A stretch of DNA of 64,000 bases from a virus: positions 16,884 to 80,883 of the IMG/VR virus record IMGVR_UViG_3300037961_005793; one strand, written 5' to 3'. The notes below the pieces were generated by a model, which saw only the letters and a list, made by a program, of their open reading frames with translations, did not search any database and was not told the DNA's origin. A program made the translations under genes and the position numbers. The first letter of the stretch is position 1. The number at the start of each line of letters is the position of its first letter. Positions 46,680 through 56,546 of the stretch are shown piece by piece.

Positions 46680-47247
46680 GAGCTTTTATCAGGTCCCTCA
46701 ACAGATTTTAAACCCGGTCCTCGATCTCAGGATCTTAAGTGGAAGAATCGTATTACCAACAGACCTCGATAAGGGTCTTGCAAAGCAACTTACGAGTGCG
46801 GGATTTGACGATCTTGTAAGCGCAGACGAGTACTCCAACCACATTGACAGATCTTGGTGGCAAGGTCTACCACCTTTTGACTGGACAATCGCCATTACAC
46901 AAGGCATGGGTGAATCCATCGATTGGATTCTTGAACCAGGGTACGAGCTTTCGAAAAAGGGTCTTATAGTTCTTGACAGGATTACTTTCTTGGAACCAAC
47001 GAGGAAAAGGTTTAACTTTCTTCAGAAACGACCTTTAAGCAACCTAGTAATTTTAAACCCAAGACCTGAATTCCGTGCGGATCAGAGAAAGTCAAAAGAC
47101 TCTGTGACTTCTGCGTGGTTTGTATACAACAAAGAAAGTTCGGCTTCGAAAGATACAAATATAAACTTCGATGTAAACTGGCAGCGACCGCAACCTTTTT
47201 CTGAAAGTGAAAGGACGCCTACAACTTCTGCTAACGCAGTACATTGA
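46678..47247 (+). CDS. DNA methyltransferase-like protein, catalytic motif absent
   Basis: RITFLEP...R..F...DSVTSAWFVY pattern but no NPPY/F. Confidence 0.6.
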   Translation: MSFYQVPQQILNPVLDLRILSGRIVLPTDLDKGLAKQLTSAGFDDLVSADEYSNHIDRSWWQGLPPFDWTIAITQGMGESIDWILEPGYELSKKGLIVLDRITFLEPTRKRFNFLQKRPLSNLVILNPRPEFRADQRKSKDSVTSAWFVYNKESSASKDTNINFDVNWQRPQPFSESERTPTTSANAVH

Positions 47248-47512
47248 AGAGCAGCAGAAAACTAACAAAGCACTCGAACGAATTGCTGCGCTTCTTATTA
47301 GCAACCAGCTTCTTCAAGAATGCATCGACCACGCTGGTAAACCTCGTGAAGCCGATGTCGTCGCTGAGTTGGTGGCAGATTCTTATTCTGCTGGTCTTTG
47401 TTTACTCAACGAGCTAGAGCAGAGAAACAAAGAATATGACTACCAAAAATCAGAGTTCTTTGTTGACGAAGAAACAGGCGTAAGCAAGAACGACTCACTC
47501 GAATCATTCTGA
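47207..47512 (+). CDS. Hypothetical protein
   Basis: 101-aa helical ORF. Confidence 0.6.
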   Translation: MKGRLQLLLTQYIEEQQKTNKALERIAALLISNQLLQECIDHAGKPREADVVAELVADSYSAGLCLLNELEQRNKEYDYQKSEFFVDEETGVSKNDSLESF

Positions 47513-47515
47513 AGC

Positions 47516-48301
47516 ATGTCAGACACTAGGAAAACAATTAACGGGCTACGTCATTACCTGTGTCCTGGTGTACCTGATTATTTACCTTCTGTAACTTCGA
47601 TTCTTAGCGCGACTCAGTCTGCTAAGACTCAACAAAAACTTGCTCACTGGAACATAATGAATCCAGGTGCTGCTGATGAGGCAGCGGAGCGAGGCAGCTT
47701 CATCCACAACAGTGTTGAAAATCACCTTCGAGGACTTCGAGTCGTTCCTCCCGAAAAATATGAGCCTTTTTGGCGAGGAGTTCCGGAGTGCGTAGATAAC
47801 TTGCTAGATGGTGGTCGAGTGCTTTGGTCTGAACGACCTTTTAATCAACCCAGCTGGTCAAAGTATGTTGGCGACGATGGTGTAGGTAGGATTTTTTATT
47901 ACGATCAAAGTAATAAACAAGGTTACGCAGGTTGTTGTGATCTTATTTATATGGACAGTAATGCTGAAATCATTCTCGCGGACTTTAAGACAAGCGCTGG
48001 TCCTTACAGTACGAGGTTCCCTAATAAAAAAACTGAAGTTGACGAAAAGACTAAGAAGGCACTCATCTCAGGAGTATTTAAAGCGAAAAAAACAAGGCTT
48101 CAACTAGCTGCTTATAAACTTGCAGCGGAAACATGCTTAGGAATTAAAATTAACAAGACCCAGATAATCGTAAGCACACCATTAGAACAGTACCAAACTC
48201 AGGTTTTTACATTTGGTGAGACCGAGGTCGCAAAAGACGAAGAGAACTGGCTTGCGTTAGTAGACAAGTACTACACAGAGGTCTTCCCAAAACACTGCTG
48301 A
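47516..48301 (+). CDS. PD-(D/E)XK exonuclease
   Basis: PSVTSIL, RGSFIH, GYAGCCD, DFKTS and QLAAY motifs. Confidence 0.88.
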   Translation: MSDTRKTINGLRHYLCPGVPDYLPSVTSILSATQSAKTQQKLAHWNIMNPGAADEAAERGSFIHNSVENHLRGLRVVPPEKYEPFWRGVPECVDNLLDGGRVLWSERPFNQPSWSKYVGDDGVGRIFYYDQSNKQGYAGCCDLIYMDSNAEIILADFKTSAGPYSTRFPNKKTEVDEKTKKALISGVFKAKKTRLQLAAYKLAAETCLGIKINKTQIIVSTPLEQYQTQVFTFGETEVAKDEENWLALVDKYYTEVFPKHC

Positions 48302-48326
48302 CAAAGCAGAATTAAAACTAAATTAA

Positions 48327-51152
48327 ATGGGTGCAGGAACGCCCTGGATACGGCAGACTACTGTCACGACAAGCACTCCAATGAATTTCATTTGCTCAAT
48401 CAACTCCAAGGTAGCCTATGCACTAAACAAAAGTACAGGCAAGATTGAAGCAGGTGGTGACTTTAGTGCGTTCAACTCTGGCTGGCAGCAAAAAGACATT
48501 CCAATTGGCGATATAGCCAGTGAAGTTGGTAACTCTCATGGTCTTTGCGCTTGGCATCTTATCGATGGCAAACGAGAGAAGAATAACACCACGCCGCTCC
48601 AGGCTGGTCTTGTCATCATTGATATTGATAACCAAGCAGATCACAAAGACGACAAAGGTAATAAAGTTCAAAAACAAGAACTCACTTGGGAGCAAGCAGA
48701 GCAATTAGAAATTTGTCAAAAATATCTTTCTCTTGCATACAACTCACCCTCAACTTCAGATGGTTGGCCTAGATTTCGTCTCGTATTTGGTTTAGAAAAA
48801 CCAATTACAGATCCTGAGTTTTATCAGTGGTTTGTAAGAGCTATTGCAAAAGATATCCCTGGTTCAGATATCAGAGCCACGCAAGCGGTCAACCTTTTTT
48901 ATGGTGCTAAAAGTCAATCAGAAATTCTCTCAATAACAGATAAATTTATACCCTCTGAAAAGATCACCAAGGCTCATAAACATTTCCTTTCTCTTCCAAA
49001 AGAAAACAAGGGAGATAAAGGTGACGTATCTCAAGCGCTCCGTGATATTAACGTCGCATCCGACACTGGAACCGACCTGACAAGGCTTTTGTCTAAGTCA
49101 GTTCGCGACATGCTTGACGGCGAACCTGTTGATGATAGATCGCTTGCGGTTACACGAGCGATCAAAGAGATCCTCGGTTGGAGGAACTGGCTTCATGAAA
49201 ATAATATCACTGTAAACGTCTCACCATTGACAGTAGCACATGATGTGTTCTATGCTGTCTACCAGTACCCGGCGGAGGTGGACGGAAAATTTTCGCGGAT
49301 CATCGACAGCATCCGTGACGTTGACTCAGTGATGCCTTCGGTCATGATGGCATCAGAACACCGAGAACTGGCTGCTTGGCAACGTCTCAAAAAATGCGAC
49401 AAGCAGACTTTTGAGAAAGTCGCAACCGCAGAAACCAAAGCCAGTCTCACCAAAACAAAACCAAAACCGAAAAACTCGATTCTTAATATCGAAGATTTTT
49501 CAACTGACGTCTCCTCTGCCACAGCGGTAGAAGACTCAACATCAACACCGACATCAAATCAAAAAATGAGTACTCCTCAAACCCCAGCCCAGCTGGTCAA
49601 TCTGGCTAATGCTCAGCAGCAGCAACGTGCGTTCGCAGAAAACGACGTAGCTGAGCTGATCGCCACCAACCAAGGTGACGATTACCTATACGACAGCACA
49701 CACGATAATTTCTACACCTACGACTCTGATCTCGGTACTTGGTATGTGCAGGATGAAATGCACATCAAAAGACGGATCGTCAAAGCTCTCGATACTTTTG
49801 TAGCTGCGGGTGTTCTGCCGAAATACCAGTCCTCGACTGTCAACAGCGTCTATGCGATGCTCCAAGCGAGGATGCTTAAGTCACTCGACGGTGGTCGCAC
49901 CAGTGTTTTCTCGACTGGTAAAAGGTATATTCCCTTTGCCAATGGCGCTCTCAACAGCGACACGTTCGAGTTCGAAGAGGGAAAAAACAAAGATCTCTAT
50001 TTCCGCAGCCGTCTTTTCTACGACTGGAACGAAAACGCAAGCTGCCCAAAGTTTCTCCAATGGATGAAAGATTCTCTTCGTCCTAACCAAGAGAAACTGA
50101 TCCAAGCATTCTGTCGTGCGCTTCTCACTGGCTACACATCTGGAGAACGTTTCCTCCACTTAGTTGGTCCTGGTGGTACGGGTAAATCAACGATGCAGCA
50201 GTTGATGATCGCTCTTGCTGGCTTTGGGAGTACCCACACGTCGAGCCTTGAGCTTATTGAAATGAATAAGTTTGAGACATACAACCTGATCGGCAAACGT
50301 CTTTTGCTTCTCACCGACGAATCAAACTACAACAAGCGTATGGACGTGCTTAAAAAGCTGACGTCTGCGTCAGACACACTTCGTGCTGAGAGAAAATACG
50401 GCAAAGAGATCATCAGTTTTAAACCAGAGTGTCTTGTTTGTATCGCCTCCAACGAACACATCAGTTCTAACGACTCTACGAGTGGTCTTGAACGACGTCG
50501 TCTGACCATCATCATGGATAAAGTCGTCGCTCCAAGCAAAAGGCGTCAACTCCTTGACGTTTATGACGACCGCCTTGAAGGGGAATTTTCTGAAGAGATG
50601 TCTGGCATTGTGAGTTGGGCTCTCGACATGACGTATGAAGAAATGAGAGACACGCTTGCTAACCCTGTTAAGCATGCTCCTTCACTCGCACGTACTAACA
50701 TCGATGCTCTGGTCTTCAATAACCCTTACGTTTCCTGGATGGCTGAGTGCTGTCTTTACGCTCCTAATTATTCCACGCTGATCGGTCGTGGTGCAGCTCG
50801 GCCTAGCACCGACGAGTCTGAGAAAGGTATGTACGTCAAAAACGCTTATTCCGAACTATTTGCAAGCTATGCGAACTACTGTAAAGCCTGTGGTTATAAG
50901 CCCGCTGCGAAACCTCGTTTCGTAGAGAGAACTATGGAGACTTTAAACAACATCCTGAAACTCCCAAACTGCTCTACAACTACTCTTAAGGGTCTCCCGG
51001 CAATCAAAGGTTTACGACTTAAGCCGTATGACTTAAGCTCTGATCGCGCTTCTCACGGACCTGATCGTCTTCCTAACCCTGTGGAGTTCGCTCAGGAACC
51101 TGATTTCGAGAAGTGGGAAACCTCTTTCCAAAAACATGACACCGCTGATTAA
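48327..51152 (+). CDS. AEP primase fused to D5-like SF3 helicase
   Basis: IDIDN, RFRLVF, Walker A GPGGTGKST, LLTDE and RR motifs; likely ATG 48381. Confidence 0.88.
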   Translation: MGAGTPWIRQTTVTTSTPMNFICSINSKVAYALNKSTGKIEAGGDFSAFNSGWQQKDIPIGDIASEVGNSHGLCAWHLIDGKREKNNTTPLQAGLVIIDIDNQADHKDDKGNKVQKQELTWEQAEQLEICQKYLSLAYNSPSTSDGWPRFRLVFGLEKPITDPEFYQWFVRAIAKDIPGSDIRATQAVNLFYGAKSQSEILSITDKFIPSEKITKAHKHFLSLPKENKGDKGDVSQALRDINVASDTGTDLTRLLSKSVRDMLDGEPVDDRSLAVTRAIKEILGWRNWLHENNITVNVSPLTVAHDVFYAVYQYPAEVDGKFSRIIDSIRDVDSVMPSVMMASEHRELAAWQRLKKCDKQTFEKVATAETKASLTKTKPKPKNSILNIEDFSTDVSSATAVEDSTSTPTSNQKMSTPQTPAQLVNLANAQQQQRAFAENDVAELIATNQGDDYLYDSTHDNFYTYDSDLGTWYVQDEMHIKRRIVKALDTFVAAGVLPKYQSSTVNSVYAMLQARMLKSLDGGRTSVFSTGKRYIPFANGALNSDTFEFEEGKNKDLYFRSRLFYDWNENASCPKFLQWMKDSLRPNQEKLIQAFCRALLTGYTSGERFLHLVGPGGTGKSTMQQLMIALAGFGSTHTSSLELIEMNKFETYNLIGKRLLLLTDESNYNKRMDVLKKLTSASDTLRAERKYGKEIISFKPECLVCIASNEHISSNDSTSGLERRRLTIIMDKVVAPSKRRQLLDVYDDRLEGEFSEEMSGIVSWALDMTYEEMRDTLANPVKHAPSLARTNIDALVFNNPYVSWMAECCLYAPNYSTLIGRGAARPSTDESEKGMYVKNAYSELFASYANYCKACGYKPAAKPRFVERTMETLNNILKLPNCSTTTLKGLPAIKGLRLKPYDLSSDRASHGPDRLPNPVEFAQEPDFEKWETSFQKHDTAD

Positions 51153-51720
51153 TTTCTACTCTGCCACGCTCGCTCTTGGAGGCGCAGTCAGTCTTGCTGT
51201 TGGTATTACTTCTCCTAGCTTTGTTGCTGCTCCTCTCACTTTTGTTGGGGGTGGGTTAGCCGGTGCTGCCGTTATCGAAAAACGCCGCTACGAACAAAAA
51301 GAAAATTTGACCACGGCGGGTCGAGTCACTGGTGCTTTTCGAGTTCTATACGAGCGTAACCGTGGTGTAGTTAGCCCTACTGAGTTAGCTATTTACTCAG
51401 ACATTGATATTGAGACCTCTCAAAATTATTTGGTTGCACTCTCCGAAGATACAAACGGTCAAAAGATACAAGATCCGGCTTCTGGTCAGACCATCTTCTC
51501 GTTTCCACATGGTCAGAATGTCTTAGATGAGCTTTCAAAAAACGCTCAAGACTGGGCTCAGTCTCAGGTACAAGCCCAAAGCCAACAGAGCGAGATCCTT
51601 GCAAGGCAGTTGGATGAAGCTAATCAAATGATTCGCGCTGCTCAGATGGCGCAGGTCACAGCTCCTCGCCAGACTGTTAACAGGGTTACCAACGATGATT
51701 TATGGGCTCAGGGGGAATAA
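51136..51720 (+). CDS. Membrane protein
   Basis: Two N-terminal hydrophobic helices, Gln-rich C-terminus. Confidence 0.65.
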   Translation: MTPLINFYSATLALGGAVSLAVGITSPSFVAAPLTFVGGGLAGAAVIEKRRYEQKENLTTAGRVTGAFRVLYERNRGVVSPTELAIYSDIDIETSQNYLVALSEDTNGQKIQDPASGQTIFSFPHGQNVLDELSKNAQDWAQSQVQAQSQQSEILARQLDEANQMIRAAQMAQVTAPRQTVNRVTNDDLWAQGE

Positions 51721-51899
51721 AGACTGAAATCGATTTTGTAGACGAAGATATTTATAAAGTAACGGCTGAGATGGATGGCATAAGTGCGTACACTTTTTGT
51801 TCAAGCATGCACCTTGTTGACGATAAAGTAAAACAACTTACTTTATGTATACAAGAACAGGCTCGAAAAGCTTATCTGGAGGGTTTCGACGATGTCTGA
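51702..51899 (+). CDS. Hypothetical protein
   Basis: Coupled ORF. Confidence 0.55.
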   Translation: MGSGGIKTEIDFVDEDIYKVTAEMDGISAYTFCSSMHLVDDKVKQLTLCIQEQARKAYLEGFDDV

Positions 51900-52101
51900 A
51901 GAAAAAACCCCTGACGATCTTGATTTAGATCTCACGCCAGAGGAAGAACAGGAGTTGCTTGACCAGGCACTCGCAAACCTGTGCAAGTTTGTGGAAGAAG
52001 AGACTAGCCTCAGTCTTTGGGAAGAGGGTGAATGGACAGCCATCCCCGGAGAGGACTCTCCTCAGGGTCCTGAGCAGCCTCACGAGCAAGAGCCTGAGTA
52101 A
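51892..52101 (+). CDS. Highly acidic small protein
   Basis: D/E-rich coupled ORF. Confidence 0.5.
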   Translation: MSEEKTPDDLDLDLTPEEEQELLDQALANLCKFVEEETSLSLWEEGEWTAIPGEDSPQGPEQPHEQEPE

Positions 52102-52723
52102 CAATCGGAAGCTCAATCGCAAGAATAGTGCCGATCTGAAAAGCGATGTCTCTATGCTCCTTCTGAGTTTCTTGCGCCCCTCGAAGGCCGACGTAGTGAG
52201 CCCAGGAACGTATCGTGCCGTTCATGTGTAACTTTGTAGGCGTGTACAAAGGACATACATTTCTTGCACATTCCCTTGCCACACCAGCTTCAGTCATTCG
52301 TCTGTACAAGTCCCAGAGCTGAGCATCGATGATGCTTAAGTCTTCCCGAAACCTCGCTTCCAGAGCAGGGTCAATGGGATCGGTGCTCGACTGGCGGTTC
52401 TTCTCAGCCTGCTTACGCATCTCAAACTTCTGAGCTTCGCAGGGGTCAGAACTTATAACTTCCCACGGATTGGCATATCGTTGACTCAGTTCCTGAAATG
52501 TAAACGTTTTGTGCCTAAGTATCTGAGGTGATATTGCCCGTGTAGTTATGATCTCAAATGATGCATTAGCCTGCTCAAAAATAGACCAATGTCCCTTTCT
52601 AATACAAAACTTAAGTAAGCGTTCGTACTCAGGGCGATCAGGTTTAGCAGTAGAAACTCGCGCATGGCGAGCAATGACCTGCTCTGAATCAGGAGTGATC
52701 CAATCAAGCTTTACTGTGTGCAT
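52010..52723 (-). CDS. thyX: FAD-dependent thymidylate synthase
   Basis: GHWSIFE, RHKTFTFQELSQRY, GVARECAR and Q.EH motifs. Confidence 0.93.
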   Translation of the reverse strand: MHTVKLDWITPDSEQVIARHARVSTAKPDRPEYERLLKFCIRKGHWSIFEQANASFEIITTRAISPQILRHKTFTFQELSQRYANPWEVISSDPCEAQKFEMRKQAEKNRQSSTDPIDPALEARFREDLSIIDAQLWDLYRRMTEAGVARECARNVCPLYTPTKLHMNGTIRSWAHYVGLRGAQETQKEHRDIAFQIGTILAIELPIVTQALAREAAQDPEESPLRGWLSIHPLPKD

Positions 52724-52751
52724 AAGCCCAGTTGATCTGGGCTAACTTAGC

Positions 52752-52877
52752 TCAGCTTCTAGGGAAAGTCTGCTGATAACGAAGTCTTGCAGTCAATTCT
52801 GAAGGATTCGATACAGCGCGAGACATATCAGCAGGGTGCATACCCAGCCTCATCCCAGCCATGCGCATGGGTTGCAT
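52752..52877 (-). CDS. 41-aa hypothetical protein
   Basis: MQPMRMAGMRLG...; read manually. Confidence 0.45.
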   Translation of the reverse strand: MQPMRMAGMRLGMHPADMSRAVSNPSELTARLRYQQTFPRS

Positions 52878-52881
52878 ACCA

Positions 52882-53397
52882 TTAGATTGCATCACCACCT
52901 CCCACGATTTGTTGTTGTAGGGAAAGGTTGTCAGACATTCGATAGTCCTGGAGAGGCATCTTCGAATCTGCGGTGGTGACGTCGTAGAAGTTCTGTTGAG
53001 GGAGCACAGAAAGTGCAGCGACGTTCAGACGCATAGTCGGATCGAATTTGTTTGCCTCCTCCATTACGTAACGTTCTTTCGGCATGTCCTCTGGACGAAG
53101 AGGCATAGGCATTTCTTTATGGTTGTATCCAGCGGGACCGTTCACGGCGTTTGATTTAACGACATTGCCAATCCCGTACTCCACAGGGCTTACCGGACTA
53201 CGAAGGTAAGAACCGTGATCAACGTTGTATTGAGAAAAAACTCGATTGATATTATCGAGAGTTTGTGTTTGACGCGCCCTGATACTAATGTCATCGTTGA
53301 GATAACTAGCAGGGTTTGCCATCGACATACCGATTGGCTTCAACTGTGCAACAGGACCCAAACCGCCTGGTTGCTGTAAAGGAGAAAAGTTTTCCAT
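52882..53397 (-). CDS. Hypothetical protein
   Basis: 171-aa ORF. Confidence 0.65.
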   Translation of the reverse strand: MENFSPLQQPGGLGPVAQLKPIGMSMANPASYLNDDISIRARQTQTLDNINRVFSQYNVDHGSYLRSPVSPVEYGIGNVVKSNAVNGPAGYNHKEMPMPLRPEDMPKERYVMEEANKFDPTMRLNVAALSVLPQQNFYDVTTADSKMPLQDYRMSDNLSLQQQIVGGGDAI

Positions 53398-53406
53398 GAG
53401 TTTATT

Positions 53407-53640
53407 TTAACTACGTTTTGGTTGTTTCTCGCGATTAGTTTTAGCTTTAACTACCCGAAGATTCGAAGAGTTGTTGTTCTCCGGGTTGAAGTCTTTGTGG
53501 TCGACTTCTTTTCCGTCTCCCCTAGATACTCTGCCAGACCTTTCCATATGTCTACGAGCCTTGTTACGCGCTGCTCTACGTTTCTTTTGACGTTCTGTAC
53601 CATGGTAATCATTATATTCCTTTTTGTAATTACGAGCCAC
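53407..53640 (-). CDS. Small HNH-motif protein
   Basis: GDGKEVDHKD..P.NN..SNLRV...NR. Confidence 0.8.
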   Translation of the reverse strand: MARNYKKEYNDYHGTERQKKRRAARNKARRHMERSGRVSRGDGKEVDHKDFNPENNNSSNLRVVKAKTNREKQPKRS

Positions 53641-53655
53641 TTTACACCCTTCTTA

Positions 53656-53841
53656 CTATTTCATATTACACGAAAGAAAGAAATCTTTTCGTGCCTGCTC
53701 TCCGCACGCCTTGCAAAACTCAGTCCACAAATCAGTGAAAAGGCCGTTAGTGCGTCCAGATTTTTCATAGAGGTATTCCATGAAAACCGCTTTCTTGTGC
53801 TCAGCTAAAGCGTCCCAACCTTTCAAATAATCAGTATTCAC
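53656..53841 (-). CDS. Hypothetical protein
   Basis: E.LY..SGR.NGL.T.LW pattern. Confidence 0.6.
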   Translation of the reverse strand: MNTDYLKGWDALAEHKKAVFMEYLYEKSGRTNGLFTDLWTEFCKACGEQARKDFFLSCNMK

Positions 53842-55085
53842 TTTTTAGCCTTGATAAACCAACCCGAACTATACCCTTTTTCGACCATCCAACGAGGTCC
53901 TAAATTCTTTTTTGAATAGAAAAGATACTTTCCATCACCGCTTATGTACCTGCCTGTAACTAAATCAAGATCACCAAACGGATCGTGAACTAAAATTTTC
54001 GACTTGTCGGCTGACAAGCCCACGGCGCAGATCCAATGACCTCCTCCAGTGGGGTTGGTTACTCCTCCGTGGTGCAAAATCCCAAGGGGAACTGGAATAC
54101 CTTTCTCTAAAAGTTCTTCGACCTCGCTCCAGGAACCGTCCTGTCTAAACTCTGTCTCAATTCCATACTGCTCAAGAGCACGCACTTGAACCCACGCTTC
54201 TGTAGTGTCACCGATTTCGAAAACCGTTTGGATATATTCATCGTCGTTACTAATGACGTCGGGTTTTAAACCAGACAAAAGCATCGCGCAAGCAGAACTA
54301 AAACAGGTGCGGTTGGCATCTCGGTAATTATCCCGTTGAGAGTAATAAGGAACTTCTAATTTAATTTCACTATTCTTTTTACGAGTAACAGTTCCCTCAG
54401 GTATATCGTTAATGATTTTCCAGTGAGGGCTGTAAAAATACCAACTTTTACCAGGCTGAGCAGTGAGCCTTACCTCGTAATGAGCAGCATTGGCAAACAT
54501 CGTTATTTGATCCCATTCCCACGCTCCGCCTTTAGGGACAAAAAGTTTTTCTTCGGGGAGAAGATCTGTTGATTGAGAAGGGCGCGTTTTAAGCCACGTA
54601 TCGTTCTTAGCCAATATGGATCGACCGAGCATCGGATGCCTTTCTGGCTTAGTCAAAAATAATTTTTTTTCTTCAGCCCTTCTACGCACAAGTCCTGGGA
54701 GATCTGTACCGTCGCCTCCTTTTGTCCAACGTCCAAACTCATCAGCAACTTCTTTTTTATCTACACCTCCGTTCAGTAAACGAAGAAGCGTAGAGTTTCT
54801 ATATGCGTTGCAGCCTACGTTGTACGTAAAAGAAACTAGAGCATCATATTCATTTTGATTTAGTTTGACTGTCGTGTAGTTACTTACTGCAGACTCATAC
54901 GAAGACACATCTTTTCTAAGCAGCATTTCTGCTTCTTCTTCGGTAATTTTTGAACCCTCCACTACGTCAGGTCCAGTGTGTCCGTAACCGATCGTCCAAA
55001 CACCAGAAGGACAAACGTAAGCACGAAGACGCATACCTTCGAACTTCTTGATTAGCTCAAGACCGGGAGTTGAAAGCCGTGCCAT
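53838..55085 (-). CDS. Endolysin: GH24 lysozyme plus C39-like peptidase
   Basis: FEG...YVCPSGVWTIGYG and GLVRRR; SQRDN..RTCFSS, GHW and HDP motifs. Confidence 0.9.
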   Translation of the reverse strand: MARLSTPGLELIKKFEGMRLRAYVCPSGVWTIGYGHTGPDVVEGSKITEEEAEMLLRKDVSSYESAVSNYTTVKLNQNEYDALVSFTYNVGCNAYRNSTLLRLLNGGVDKKEVADEFGRWTKGGDGTDLPGLVRRRAEEKKLFLTKPERHPMLGRSILAKNDTWLKTRPSQSTDLLPEEKLFVPKGGAWEWDQITMFANAAHYEVRLTAQPGKSWYFYSPHWKIINDIPEGTVTRKKNSEIKLEVPYYSQRDNYRDANRTCFSSACAMLLSGLKPDVISNDDEYIQTVFEIGDTTEAWVQVRALEQYGIETEFRQDGSWSEVEELLEKGIPVPLGILHHGGVTNPTGGGHWICAVGLSADKSKILVHDPFGDLDLVTGRYISGDGKYLFYSKKNLGPRWMVEKGYSSGWFIKAKK

Positions 55086-55086
55086 T

Positions 55087-55479
55087 TCATCCAGGCATCC
55101 GTTTAATTCTGCCTAGAGTTAAATGAAATATCAACGCAAGTACGGAAGCTGAAACAGCTGTTGCCGCAGCTTCTGCCCACGGAGGACCAAAATGCGTAGG
55201 ATGCGTGAGTAGATCGCTGACGAATGTAAATACACCTGTAAGAAGAAGGTTTTTTAGCAGCGTGACCTTTTTAAAAAAGAGCACACAGAAACAATAGATA
55301 ATAGCTGCTTTATAACCAGTAGTATATGCAACAACTACATGCTTCCATGTAATTGCTGATAAATTACCTTCAACCATGAAGTACATGCACGGAAGCCATG
55401 CCTCCCAAAATTTCTCCAGAAAATTTTTGGGAGTTTTTGCAAGGCGATTATGCAGCTGTATAAGTGACACGGTATTCAC
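55087..55479 (-). CDS. Multi-pass membrane protein next to the endolysin
   Basis: Three to four hydrophobic segments; start uncertain. Confidence 0.55.
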   Translation of the reverse strand: MNTVSLIQLHNRLAKTPKNFLEKFWEAWLPCMYFMVEGNLSAITWKHVVVAYTTGYKAAIIYCFCVLFFKKVTLLKNLLLTGVFTFVSDLLTHPTHFGPPWAEAAATAVSASVLALIFHLTLGRIKRMPG

Positions 55480-55849
55480 ATGGGCTACGATCTGTCTTAG
55501 TCACATACAGATAATTAGCGATACTCGCGCCCACACTGAAAGTGAACGACACGTCTGAGCGATTTGAGATCTTAGGAGCGTCCACCTCCCCAAGCACAGA
55601 TCCGTTAACTCCGGACAAGATAAAGACTTTACCAACGCTTTTAGAACCAGCAAAAAGTGTCACTGTGCCAGTTCCAGTAGCACTTGAAGTAACAGTAAAA
55701 ACATCTGCGGTTTCGAAAGAACCGTCTGAAGCGAACTCACGGGTGGCGTCCACTGTTACATTCCCACCGTCCTCGGTACGCAGCTGACCGAATCGGGTGA
55801 TACCTGCGGGAGCAGCACCTAATTCACGGTTGAAAGTAGTTTCTGCCAC
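55448..55849 (-). CDS. Putative structural protein
   Basis: T/S/G/V-rich beta pattern. Confidence 0.6.
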   Translation of the reverse strand: MAETTFNRELGAAPAGITRFGQLRTEDGGNVTVDATREFASDGSFETADVFTVTSSATGTGTVTLFAGSKSVGKVFILSGVNGSVLGEVDAPKISNRSDVSFTFSVGASIANYLYVTKTDRSPCEYRVTYTAA

Positions 55850-55920
55850 AACTAATTAGATTTATTTAACTCAATAATAGCGCAGCTTATCTATAAAATA
55901 AGTTCAACAAAATTACAACA

Positions 55921-56250
55921 ATGAACTACAACAGATTAAATGCGCTCGTATACGAAGCGATTCAGTTTATTTCAAGGTTTTGGCCGAACATAAAATTCAA
56001 TCCTTGGATCAAATTAGCTCTTGAGAATTGTTTAGATGACTGGGTCGAGTTTAGGACACAAATAACACTGAAAGAGATAGATAACGATATAGAAGAACTG
56101 CACGCAGAGTGGGACAGGGAGGAAGCAGAGCACTTCGAGTACGTTTTTACCGAAGAAGAACCTGACGACTCAGAAGCTCAAAGATTATTAGGTGGACCAA
56201 TGCGACTCAGCGTCCCTTGGAACTCCGATAAGAACGAGCCTTCTTCTTAG
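55921..56250 (+). CDS. Hypothetical protein
   Basis: 109-aa ORF with acidic C-terminus. Confidence 0.6.
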   Translation: MNYNRLNALVYEAIQFISRFWPNIKFNPWIKLALENCLDDWVEFRTQITLKEIDNDIEELHAEWDREEAEHFEYVFTEEEPDDSEAQRLLGGPMRLSVPWNSDKNEPSS

Positions 56251-56338
56251 CTCTTACGCAATTGGGCACGTTTCTTCCGTTCTTTTTCTTGTATCCTTCC
56301 TGTACATAACCTTTCCAACAGGTTCCTCGTTTAGCCAT
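56207..56338 (-). CDS. 43-aa basic protein with CWKGY...VPNCV motif
   Basis: Read manually; motif recalled from cyanophage proteins. Confidence 0.7.
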   Translation of the reverse strand: MAKRGTCWKGYVQEGYKKKNGRNVPNCVRAKKKARSYRSSKGR

Positions 56339-56546
56339 TTTTCCTAGATGCTTTGTACGCACGAGCTTTTTTGCCTGCCCGTTTGGCTTTTTCAGTATTC
56401 GCTACGTGAGTATTTACAGGTTTACCTCGCGTAGCTCGCTTCTTTTTTTCGTCGGTTGCACGACGTTCCTCCTTTGACATGGAAGCCCACGCGGACTTAG
56501 GAAGATACCGCTCTGTACGTCCTTTTTCACGCGCTCGGTCAGCCAT
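56331..56546 (-). CDS. DUF5872-like, C-terminal half
   Basis: RYLPKSAW..MS.EE...T..KK...VANT. Confidence 0.7.
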   Translation of the reverse strand: MADRAREKGRTERYLPKSAWASMSKEERRATDEKKKRATRGKPVNTHVANTEKAKRAGKKARAYKASRKNG

